In this document: positions 25,128-32,000 of the stretch, in pieces
Position numbering within the stretch: position 1 is the stretch's first letter
Layout of the letters: each line of letters starts with the position of its first letter
Assembly: GCF_000146505.1 (NCBI RefSeq)
Contig: NC_017448.1
Location: 2,280,001 to 2,312,000, forward strand
Direction: 5' to 3'
DNA: 32,000 nucleotides
Source: Fibrobacter succinogenes subsp. succinogenes S85
GTDB lineage: Bacteria; Fibrobacterota; Fibrobacteria; Fibrobacterales; Fibrobacteraceae
Notes under the pieces: model-generated
The model's input: the letters and a program-made list of their open reading frames with translations, nothing else
Told to the model about the DNA's origin: nothing
The model's database searches: none
Position numbers and translations under genes: made by a program

Positions 25128-25895
25128 ATGCTCCATCCATCCGCTTTTGTTCATCCGAATGCTAACGTCCACGAGTCTGCCGTTATCGGCCCCTGGTGCG
25201 TTGTTGATGAAAATGCGGAAATAGGCGAAAATGTAGTGCTTGAATCGCGCGTGCGCGTTTACGGTGGCGTGACCATCAAATCAAATACGCATGTTTACGA
25301 TGGGGCGATTCTTGGGGCGCCTCCGCAAGACCTCAAGTACGCAGGGGAGCCGACTCGCCTTGAAATTGGCGAAAACTGCATCATTCGCGAATACACGACG
25401 CTCAATCGCGGCACCGTCCAGGGCGGCGGTTGCACTCGCATTGCGCCACACGTACTCATCATGGCTTACGCCCATGTAGGGCATGATTGCCAAATTGGCG
25501 AGGGGGCGGTCATCGCGAACGCTTGCCAGCTCGGCGGACACGTACGCATCGGCAAGTTTGCCACTCTCGGTGGTACTACGGCCGTGCAGCAACGCAACCA
25601 GGTAGGCGCCTACGCTTTTGTGGGCGGCACGCTCAAGGTCGATTACGACGTTCCCCCTTGCAGCCGTGCATTCGGGAATCCGCTCCGCTTTGCGTCCCTC
25701 AACCTCCATGCGCTCCGCTTGCATGCTGATGAATTCCCGCCTGAACGTATCGCATTTTTTGAACGAGCCTTCCGCGAACTTTACCGTGGCAAGCGCCCGA
25801 CCGCCGAAGTTATTGAAGAATTGAAAGAAGGCCCGGAACCTCTGTTCCAAGCCTTCTTTGATGAGCACTGGGGCGGTTCTCTCGTTCGCCCGTGA
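25128..25895 (+). CDS. lpxA: Acyl-ACP--UDP-N-acetylglucosamine O-acyltransferase
   Basis: The N-terminus is IHPSA-type (LHPSAFVHPNANVHESAVIGPWCVV). Left-handed beta-helix hexapeptide repeats are present, along with LKYAGEPTRLEIGENCIIREYTTLNRGT and AHVGHDCQIG. Length is 255 aa. Confidence 0.9.
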   Translation: MLHPSAFVHPNANVHESAVIGPWCVVDENAEIGENVVLESRVRVYGGVTIKSNTHVYDGAILGAPPQDLKYAGEPTRLEIGENCIIREYTTLNRGTVQGGGCTRIAPHVLIMAYAHVGHDCQIGEGAVIANACQLGGHVRIGKFATLGGTTAVQQRNQVGAYAFVGGTLKVDYDVPPCSRAFGNPLRFASLNLHALRLHADEFPPERIAFFERAFRELYRGKRPTAEVIEELKEGPEPLFQAFFDEHWGGSLVRP

Positions 25896-25927
25896 TCATT
25901 CGCGCTTTTGCGCTCGTTTTTTAAATT

Positions 25928-27091
25928 CTAGAAGATGAGGGCTTTAGGGAATCCTTCGTGCCACTTTTCGGCATTTGGTTCGTAGGCGTCAAATCCGCCT
26001 GTGTAGCCAAATCCCCAGTAGTGGAACGACATACCGTTTTTGACAGCGGCCTGTACTGCCTTCTTTGCCCATGTTGCTTTATATTGATCTGAGGGCCAAA
26101 CGCCTTGTTCCGGTTCTCCGTTTTGGTTGTACCATGTGCATTGCCCCATGTCGCTACCGCCGGCCACGCCGAATTCACCCATGTTCAACGGAACTTGGTC
26201 TATTCCGTTCACGTCCGGGTAAAGCTTATAGGCCAGCCCAACGTATGATAACAGGTCTTCGTCCGCTGTAGAGACGTATGCGGCATCGCCAAGGCATTTG
26301 TTACCGTGTTGACCTTGATGGCTGTATGTGTACGGTTCGTAATAGTGGCCACTGAAGATGATGTTCCCGTCTTGCGGCAAGTGGAGCATCGAGAGGTCAG
26401 CAAACTTTGCGGCATGGTAGGCTTCAAACATAATCGTCTTGCCCGGAGCGGCTGCACGGATGACCTTGTAGGCGTCATTCATCAGCTGGTCCACGCGCTC
26501 GGCGTTCGGGATGATCGGTTCGTTCAGGATTTCAAGAACTAGCATATTGTCGGGGAATGCGTTCATGGCCGTGGCAACCTGCGCCCAAAGAGCAAGGAAG
26601 TGAGCCTTTTCAGCTTCGTATTCGGTGGGGTTGTATGTACAGCCGTTACCGCCGCCACCTGCGCAGTTCAATTCTGTGTAGTGGTGGAAGTTTACGACGA
26701 CAGCAAGGCCGTTGGCAATAGCGAGATTGATGTCTTCAATGACTCCCGCAAGGCGGTTCGGGTCCACAGTATGGGTCGAGTAGTCAGAACCATTTTGCCA
26801 GCGGACCGGGATACGCACGGAATTGAAGCCTGCCGCCTTGATGGTGGCGAAGTCCTGGTCACGGATGGGGTTGCTCCAGGCGCCATCATCGGAACCGTCG
26901 GAATCCCAGGAGTTACCCAGGTTGATGCCGCGCCCAAGGAGCGCATTCATCGTTCTTCCCAAGGTGTAGTCTACGGGGACGGCCGTGCTCGTGTTGCCCT
27001 TGCCGGCCGATGTCGGTATTGTTGCCGAGCCACTGTCGCATGCCCAGAAGGCACATCCGATTGCCATTGCTGAAAGAATCTTTTTAATCAT
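25928..27091 (-). CDS. Glycoside hydrolase family 5 endoglucanase (cellulase), lipoprotein/secreted
   Basis: ATG 27091 is used because the ORF-track start at 27103 is a TTG. The signal is MIKKILSAMAIGCAFWAC|DS. GH5 landmarks: GINLGNSWD, VRIPVRW, VNFHHY, LEILNEP (acid/base Glu), SGHYYEPY and NMGEFG (nucleophile Glu). Confidence 0.88.
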   Translation of the reverse strand: MIKKILSAMAIGCAFWACDSGSATIPTSAGKGNTSTAVPVDYTLGRTMNALLGRGINLGNSWDSDGSDDGAWSNPIRDQDFATIKAAGFNSVRIPVRWQNGSDYSTHTVDPNRLAGVIEDINLAIANGLAVVVNFHHYTELNCAGGGGNGCTYNPTEYEAEKAHFLALWAQVATAMNAFPDNMLVLEILNEPIIPNAERVDQLMNDAYKVIRAAAPGKTIMFEAYHAAKFADLSMLHLPQDGNIIFSGHYYEPYTYSHQGQHGNKCLGDAAYVSTADEDLLSYVGLAYKLYPDVNGIDQVPLNMGEFGVAGGSDMGQCTWYNQNGEPEQGVWPSDQYKATWAKKAVQAAVKNGMSFHYWGFGYTGGFDAYEPNAEKWHEGFPKALIF

Positions 27092-27181
27092 GGTAACCCC
27101 CAAAAGGTTATGAGCTTAAATGCGTGTTCTCAAAATCTATATAAAACAAAAAATAGAAAAACAAAAACATGCTTATCTTAT

Positions 27182-27198
27182 GTTTACGCTTGAGTCCA
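27182..27198. promoter_or_regulatory. Copy 1 of a perfect 17-bp direct repeat GTTTACGCTTGAGTCCA
   Basis: It is identical to 27264-27280. It lies 91-107 nt upstream of the GH5 ATG (minus strand), in a 326-bp AT-rich divergent intergenic region. Confidence 0.4.
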
Positions 27199-27263
27199 TT
27201 GTGAGCATCGTCAAAAAATTTAATTTGTAAACATTAAGAAACATTACAAATGAAAAAATTTCC

Positions 27264-27280
27264 GTTTACGCTTGAGTCCA
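27264..27280. promoter_or_regulatory. Copy 2 of a perfect 17-bp direct repeat GTTTACGCTTGAGTCCA
   Basis: It is identical to 27182-27198, 82 bp start to start. It lies 138-154 nt upstream of ATG 27418. Confidence 0.4.
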
Positions 27281-27417
27281 GCGTCTATGTGGCTTAACAA
27301 GCGGTATTCCGTTGATACATCTAGCTTTGCAAAGCCTTTTTTGCAAAAGAGTGGAGCGAAAATTCCCAAAAACAAGCTATATTGTAGATGATCCGAATTT
27401 GGAGAATTGTACCTATT

Positions 27418-28161
27418 ATGAATGGAAACTTAAAAAAAGCCATTTGGAAGTCCGCTCTAGCGGCGATGCTTCTTGCTTCATCTTCTTTCGCTGGCTACGG
27501 TTTTAGCGATTACCGCGACCGCGACCAGTCCCACTTTGTCATGAAGGATCCTAAACCGTTCCGTCCTGATAAGGAAGTTGTCACCGTTGTCATGCGTGAA
27601 GCAATTCCGCGTGGTGGTGGTTACACGTACCAGTATCCGCGTGAAAACCCCGAACCGGTACTCACGGATAAGTATGCCATGGAAGGCGCTCTCTCCATGG
27701 AAATTGAACTTATCGCGAGTGACTATTCCGGTGTCGCAATCTGTATTGCGGGTTCCGTGGACTTGACTCCGTATCTCGAAGAAGGTGTTCTCGAATTTTG
27801 GATCAAGGGCGCCCAGGGTGGTGAAAACGCATTGTTCGTGCTCGTTGACGATGGCGTGAAGAGCAATGGCGAATCCCTCCAGGTGAAGCTCCGCTCCAAG
27901 AGCCTTGGTGAAATTACGACAGAATGGAAGCACTTCAGCATTCCTCTGAAGCTCTTCGGCAATACCGGTGTTTACTGGGATGCAAAGAACACGCGCGAAG
28001 TGATGCTCCCGTTCTCATGGTCCAACTTCAAGGGTTTCCGTCTTGAAGTCCGCAAGGATGAAAACGAATCCTTCAAGGTCTGGATTGACGATATTGTGAT
28101 TAAGAAGCATGGCAAGCCGTACGAAGGCCCGGCTCACTATCCGTTCCGCAACGAGATTTAA
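27418..28161 (+). CDS. Secreted hypothetical protein, possible CBM-like beta-sandwich
   Basis: ATG 27418 gives the signal MNGNLKKAIWKSALAAMLLASSSFA|GYG. The body resembles jelly-roll carbohydrate-binding modules: GALSMEIELIASDYSGVAICI, GVLEFWIKGAQGGENALFVLVDDG, EWKHFSIPLKLF and FKGFRLEV...FKVWIDDIVIKK. The fold assignment is a guess. Confidence 0.55.
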   Translation: MNGNLKKAIWKSALAAMLLASSSFAGYGFSDYRDRDQSHFVMKDPKPFRPDKEVVTVVMREAIPRGGGYTYQYPRENPEPVLTDKYAMEGALSMEIELIASDYSGVAICIAGSVDLTPYLEEGVLEFWIKGAQGGENALFVLVDDGVKSNGESLQVKLRSKSLGEITTEWKHFSIPLKLFGNTGVYWDAKNTREVMLPFSWSNFKGFRLEVRKDENESFKVWIDDIVIKKHGKPYEGPAHYPFRNEI

Positions 28162-28170
28162 GAGGATTTT

Positions 28171-30453
28171 ATGCGCAAAACAGTTTCTTCCCTTTTACTA
28201 GCGTCTAGCCTCGGTGCTGCATGGGCTCTTCCTCCGCAGTTGCAGCTTGATTCCCTTCACGCTTCGTTGGATACTCTTTCCAACAACATGGAATCGACTC
28301 TTCTCGGCAAGGACGATCTGCCACTGGCAGTCTCCGGTTATATGGCTTTCCGTTTGAAGAATTTCCACTATTCCGAACAGAGCCCGTGGGTCCGCGATGA
28401 CCAGGCACGTACGAGCGTTGACGCTTTGTTGAACGTGAACATCGTCGCCATGCCGAACTCCTACATTACGCTGTTTACGAACCTCATGTTCCCGTTTGAC
28501 TTGAGCGGTTTCTTCACGAATAAACTCGCCAAGAACCCGACTGAAGCTCCGGGCAACAACGATGAACGCGTCTTGTTCGACCACTCTACCGACTACTATG
28601 CATCGACCATCAACGAAGAAATGAACGTCGGTGTCGATATCCGTGCCGGTGTGTTCGGTGCTTACGTTACTGCAGGCGGTGTTATCTGGGCAAACGCCTC
28701 TCCGCTTACCATGTGGGAACGTGAAACGAACCCGCGCTTTGTGTGGCAGTACGAACTCTTCGAAGACGAAAAGACCGTTTCTACTTACTATAAGGAAAAG
28801 GCATTCAAGCCGGTCAAGGAAGGTGGTCGTGCTTTCTGGACGAACCGCTCTTTCGGTGGCGTCTTTGCGAACTTCTACCAGCTCCCGTACGACATGAAGG
28901 CTCAGTTCCTCGTGTCCCAGCCGGCAGATGCTGACATGGGTACCCGTGACGGTCTCCGCATGTACGGTGGCCAGCCGGGCGAACTCGAAATGATGGGTGG
29001 CTATGATTTGCGCGGTACCGTCCTTCATGGCCGTATCGCCAAGGAAAAGATTGCCGACAACCTGACTGTCGGTGTGAACTACATGGGCGTTACCTTCGAC
29101 AAGGACATCATCTATGAAGATGAATTCCGTACGCAGTGGATTACCCAGAGCGAAGGCGGCCTTCCGGTCCTCCTCAATACTCACGTGATTACTGCCGACG
29201 TCAAGGGCAATATCACCCCGAAGCTCTTCTTGATGGGCGATATCGGTGTCAGCATCACGGACTCCACGACGTTTGTCCCGGATCCGGACGCAGCTGATTA
29301 TTCTCTCAACGCTGATGGTTCCGTCAATATGAATTCCGGTTACTCCAGCCGCAAGGAAGGCTACGTTTCTACGGTTAACTCCCCGAAGGTTGGCGCTTAT
29401 ATCAAGGCACAGAGCAAGTACGTTGAAGGCTGGCCGATGACTGCAGAACTCGTGTTCTTCCAGCCGGGCTTCTACTCTCCGTATTCTTTGACGAACCCGT
29501 CCCGCTTCCCGGGCTGGCGCAAGAACGAAGCCTACCTCAACGGTGGCGCTCTCCGCTACTCCCCGAACATGACCGGTATCAACTTCAAGTTGGAACCGAG
29601 CTTCAACCGCGGTTACTTTGACTTCCAGTACGCCCAGCATCGTCAGATCGAAGCTGGTCCGGACGTGATTGCATTCAACTACCGTCTGAACGGCCGTAAC
29701 ATGTGGGAAAGCTCCAACTCCTGGACCAAGCACAAGCCGCTCTTTGTGGCTGACTCTGGTAACGCTTCCTGGTGTGGCTATATCAACCGTGTCGGTGCCA
29801 GCAAGAACTCCTCTGACGGTGTCAAGATGTACCGCCAGCGCGGTGGTCTCTATGGTGGTACCTGGGAACTTTGGGAATCCTTCGCCGCATTTGAAAATGG
29901 TGACCAGGTTGCCAAGGGCGAAATTCCGGAACATGCCAAGTGGTCTTCTTACCTCTCCTTCATGGGTGGTTACGATATCGGCCACTGGATCGGCACTGAC
30001 CGCAACGTCATGCTGACGGGCTTCTTTGCCCTCTCCGGTGTTTCCACTGCATTTACCCCGCTTGCCGTTTCTGAAAAGCAGTCCAACATGCTCTTGACGA
30101 GCTTCTTCGGTCAGATTGAACCGACCGTCGCCGTGACTCCGACCTTCCACATGGTGGGTATCGTCGGTCTCGAAACGTTCAGGTCTGACAAGGCTTACTT
30201 GATGCTCACCGCCGATAACGGTACCAGCAAGACTGCCAAGAATACCTATTACTACGAAGTGAACACCAGCTACTACAAGAAGGCTCCGATCAATTACAAG
30301 GACTTCGCAATTGGCCTTGGCTTTGACTGGGACTTCTCTGACCGCGTGGGTCTCCACTTCCGCTACAAGTTCATGACGCACTCTGACGAAACCGTTCCTG
30401 ACAATGATTGGCATTCCCATTACATTGCTGCCGAAACCAAGGCATGGTTCTAA
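28171..30453 (+). CDS. Large predicted outer-membrane beta-barrel protein, hypothetical (760 aa)
   Basis: AGAGGA lies 6 nt upstream, and the gene starts 9 nt after the previous gene. Signal peptide is MRKTVSSLLLASSLGAAWA|LP. Alternating hydrophobic strands run throughout. The end is OMP-type: FAIGLGFDWDFSDRVGLHFRYKFMTH...HYIAAETKAWF, with a terminal Phe. Codons 11-750 contain no in-frame TTA, CTA or TCA. Confidence 0.65.
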   Translation: MRKTVSSLLLASSLGAAWALPPQLQLDSLHASLDTLSNNMESTLLGKDDLPLAVSGYMAFRLKNFHYSEQSPWVRDDQARTSVDALLNVNIVAMPNSYITLFTNLMFPFDLSGFFTNKLAKNPTEAPGNNDERVLFDHSTDYYASTINEEMNVGVDIRAGVFGAYVTAGGVIWANASPLTMWERETNPRFVWQYELFEDEKTVSTYYKEKAFKPVKEGGRAFWTNRSFGGVFANFYQLPYDMKAQFLVSQPADADMGTRDGLRMYGGQPGELEMMGGYDLRGTVLHGRIAKEKIADNLTVGVNYMGVTFDKDIIYEDEFRTQWITQSEGGLPVLLNTHVITADVKGNITPKLFLMGDIGVSITDSTTFVPDPDAADYSLNADGSVNMNSGYSSRKEGYVSTVNSPKVGAYIKAQSKYVEGWPMTAELVFFQPGFYSPYSLTNPSRFPGWRKNEAYLNGGALRYSPNMTGINFKLEPSFNRGYFDFQYAQHRQIEAGPDVIAFNYRLNGRNMWESSNSWTKHKPLFVADSGNASWCGYINRVGASKNSSDGVKMYRQRGGLYGGTWELWESFAAFENGDQVAKGEIPEHAKWSSYLSFMGGYDIGHWIGTDRNVMLTGFFALSGVSTAFTPLAVSEKQSNMLLTSFFGQIEPTVAVTPTFHMVGIVGLETFRSDKAYLMLTADNGTSKTAKNTYYYEVNTSYYKKAPINYKDFAIGLGFDWDFSDRVGLHFRYKFMTHSDETVPDNDWHSHYIAAETKAWF

Positions 30454-30468
30454 GGGAGGATGCTAAAG

Positions 30469-32000
30469 ATGAATATGAAAATGAAAAATATTTTGATCGC
30501 CCTTCTTACTGCATCGGTTGCCGCATCGGCTTCTGCTGTTGCTGACAATCAAAAGGCTTTGCAGGCAAAGGCTGATAGCGCCAATGCAAAGCGCGGTGTT
30601 GAAATTGGTGGTAGCATTCGTGCTGTTGCACAGCGTTCCAGCTTCTCTACGGACCAGGACGTGCATAGCGTCAACAAGATGCCGAATGTCGAACACAACG
30701 AATATGTGAGTGCTGACTTGAGCTTCGGCTTCCGTCCGTACGAAAACGTTCGCGCCAACGTGATTATGCGCCTTGGCGGCGGCATGCAGGAATACTTTGC
30801 CGCAGCAGCAAAGACTCTCGAAGCCAAGTGGCTCAATGTCGAAGGCAACATCGGCAAGAACTTCTACTGGACCGTGGGTGACTTCCGCTCGGCAATCTCT
30901 CCGCTCTCCATTTACAATCCCGGTATCGACATCTTGTACGAACCGACGATTTTCGCCCGCAAGCGCCACATGGCCCAGAAGGAACAGCTCCTCGAAGGCA
31001 ACAAGCGCAACCTCCAGGGTATTAACCTCCAGTTCCGTCAGGAAATCGACCCGATGATCGGTGAACTCCGCGCCGAGGCCTTCCTCGCCCGCGTGAACCG
31101 CGTGTCGGTCCTTGACTTTACCGGTGCTGAAGGCAATATCCTTCCGGGTGACGAAATCGCTGGTACGTCTCTTGCCTCTGCAACGGACAAGTGGCTCGTC
31201 GGTGGCAACATCGAACTCTTGCCGGTTCAGAAGAATGTGTATGTCGGTGTGACCCCGATGCTCATTTTCGATAATGAAAATTCGAAGTCCTACACTTACC
31301 GCCATCCGAACCGCGACCCGCAGGGCTTTGTTCCGGGTGATGCAGAAAACGCATACGAACGTCAGGAAATCAACCCGTACGAATACGGTCCGCAGAACAC
31401 GTTTGTGTTGAGCGCCCGTGCCGGTGCTGACGTGGGTGGTCTCGTGAAGCAGAAGGGTCTTTCTGCAGACGTGGTCGCCGAATACGCCATGTCCGTCAAC
31501 AAGGTGAAGACTGCCGCTTACGTCAATGATCTCGGTCTTCCGGTTCCTGAAACCGAAGAATCCATTAACGGTTCTGCCTTGCTCGCCACCGTGAACGCTG
31601 GCTACGAGATCGAAAACTCATGGAGCGCAGGACTTAGCTTGGACGTGGTCATGAACGACGAAAAGTGGTTCAACAACCTTGCCCAGTCCCCGAGCTTCTT
31701 CGCCCAGCGCGTGTTGAACTCCGACAAGGACGGAAACACGGTCAAGTACGGCGTGAACTCCCCGCTCTACTCTACCTTTGACGCTCTCTACAACTACTCC
31801 CCGAAGTTTACTCCGGTGGCCCGTACTCTCGGTACTGATGACAACGCCTTCATGGATGGTCAGTCCAAGAGCTACAACATCGCTCCGTACAACAAGAACT
31901 CCTGGGGTTCCAACGTCTATTCCGCAGCTCAGCTCGCTCTCATCAACCAGATGATCGATCCTGCTATCCAGGCAACCTTGCCGAACGGCCTTGCTACTGC
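30469..32000 (+). CDS. Large secreted / outer-membrane hypothetical protein, N-terminal 510 codons (3' end outside the window)
   Basis: This gene is absent from the ORF track because no stop occurs before the window end. ATG 30469 lies 9 nt after AAGGGAGGA (30452-30460). The signal is MNMKMKNILIALLTASVAASASA|VAD. I read the frame codon by codon to base 32000 and found no stop. The listed minus-strand ORF 30463..31305 is its codon-aligned shadow. Confidence 0.8.
   Translation, partial: MNMKMKNILIALLTASVAASASAVADNQKALQAKADSANAKRGVEIGGSIRAVAQRSSFSTDQDVHSVNKMPNVEHNEYVSADLSFGFRPYENVRANVIMRLGGGMQEYFAAAAKTLEAKWLNVEGNIGKNFYWTVGDFRSAISPLSIYNPGIDILYEPTIFARKRHMAQKEQLLEGNKRNLQGINLQFRQEIDPMIGELRAEAFLARVNRVSVLDFTGAEGNILPGDEIAGTSLASATDKWLVGGNIELLPVQKNVYVGVTPMLIFDNENSKSYTYRHPNRDPQGFVPGDAENAYERQEINPYEYGPQNTFVLSARAGADVGGLVKQKGLSADVVAEYAMSVNKVKTAAYVNDLGLPVPETEESINGSALLATVNAGYEIENSWSAGLSLDVVMNDEKWFNNLAQSPSFFAQRVLNSDKDGNTVKYGVNSPLYSTFDALYNYSPKFTPVARTLGTDDNAFMDGQSKSYNIAPYNKNSWGSNVYSAAQLALINQMIDPAIQATLPNGLAT

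Noticed and set aside
25896-25927. Possible terminator between convergent lpxA and GH5 (GCGC-TTTT-GCGC followed by TCGTTTTTT)
   Set aside because: The stem is only 4 bp, which is too weak to call, although the T-run is suggestive.
28198-30420. 740-aa ORF on the minus strand, almost as long as the plus-strand gene it overlaps
   Set aside because: It is the codon-aligned shadow of the plus-strand 760-aa gene. It has no RBS or signal features, and its translation is Arg/Val/His/Gly-rich with low information content. The plus-strand product has a signal peptide, an RBS, operon context and an OMP C-terminus.
30463-31305. 280-aa minus-strand ORF listed in the track at the right end of the window
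   Set aside because: It is the shadow of the unlisted plus-strand gene that starts at 30469. That gene has a strong AAGGGAGGA RBS and a signal peptide, and is open to base 32000.

Overview
The window looks like a chromosomal segment of a Fibrobacter (Fibrobacterota) genome. Supporting this, a FISUMP-domain (TIGR02145-type) lipoprotein sits directly downstream of a TIGR02147/DUF4423-type gene. There is also a GH5 cellulase, several lipoproteins with Ser-rich linkers, and a protein with an FlgD-Ig / T9SS-CTD-like tail. Housekeeping genes are interspersed: argA (3' part), folE, Corynebacterium-type glgA, dsbD, cca and lpxA. I found no rRNA, tRNA, CRISPR array, transposase, integrase or recognisable defence genes.

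I call 23 CDSs. Two run off the window and so are not properly captured by the ORF track: argA at the left edge, and a large secreted protein starting at 30469 at the right edge.

Items worth a second look:
1. A 7.1-kb tightly packed tandem array of four diverged paralogous lipoproteins (878-7962). They share a conserved N-terminal region of about 330 aa and carry about 6, 3, 5 and 8 copies (gene order) of a short two-Cys module. The same module recurs five times in the convergent FISUMP lipoprotein. I cannot assign the family to any characterised function.
2. A codon-biased three-gene module (27418 to beyond 32000) lies divergent from the GH5 cellulase. It encodes a CBM-like secreted protein and two very large predicted outer-membrane proteins. 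The shared control region contains a perfect 17-bp direct repeat.
3. A dispersed family of intergenic repeats with heptamer period is built on AGAACTTAG. It has 12 copies, all in four intergenic regions. It includes a (TAGAACT)x4.7 tract in the divergent GT2/lpxA promoter region, a 21/22-nt direct repeat bracketing the GT2 gene, and a 260-nt hairpin-rich non-coding region bounded by inverted copies.
4. Two cutinase/PETase-like alpha/beta-hydrolase lipoproteins are tandemly duplicated.
5. An ECF-type sigma factor has no recognisable anti-sigma partner. It is followed by a secreted Reg_prop beta-propeller protein.

All functional calls rest on motif recognition by eye. None has been verified by a database search.
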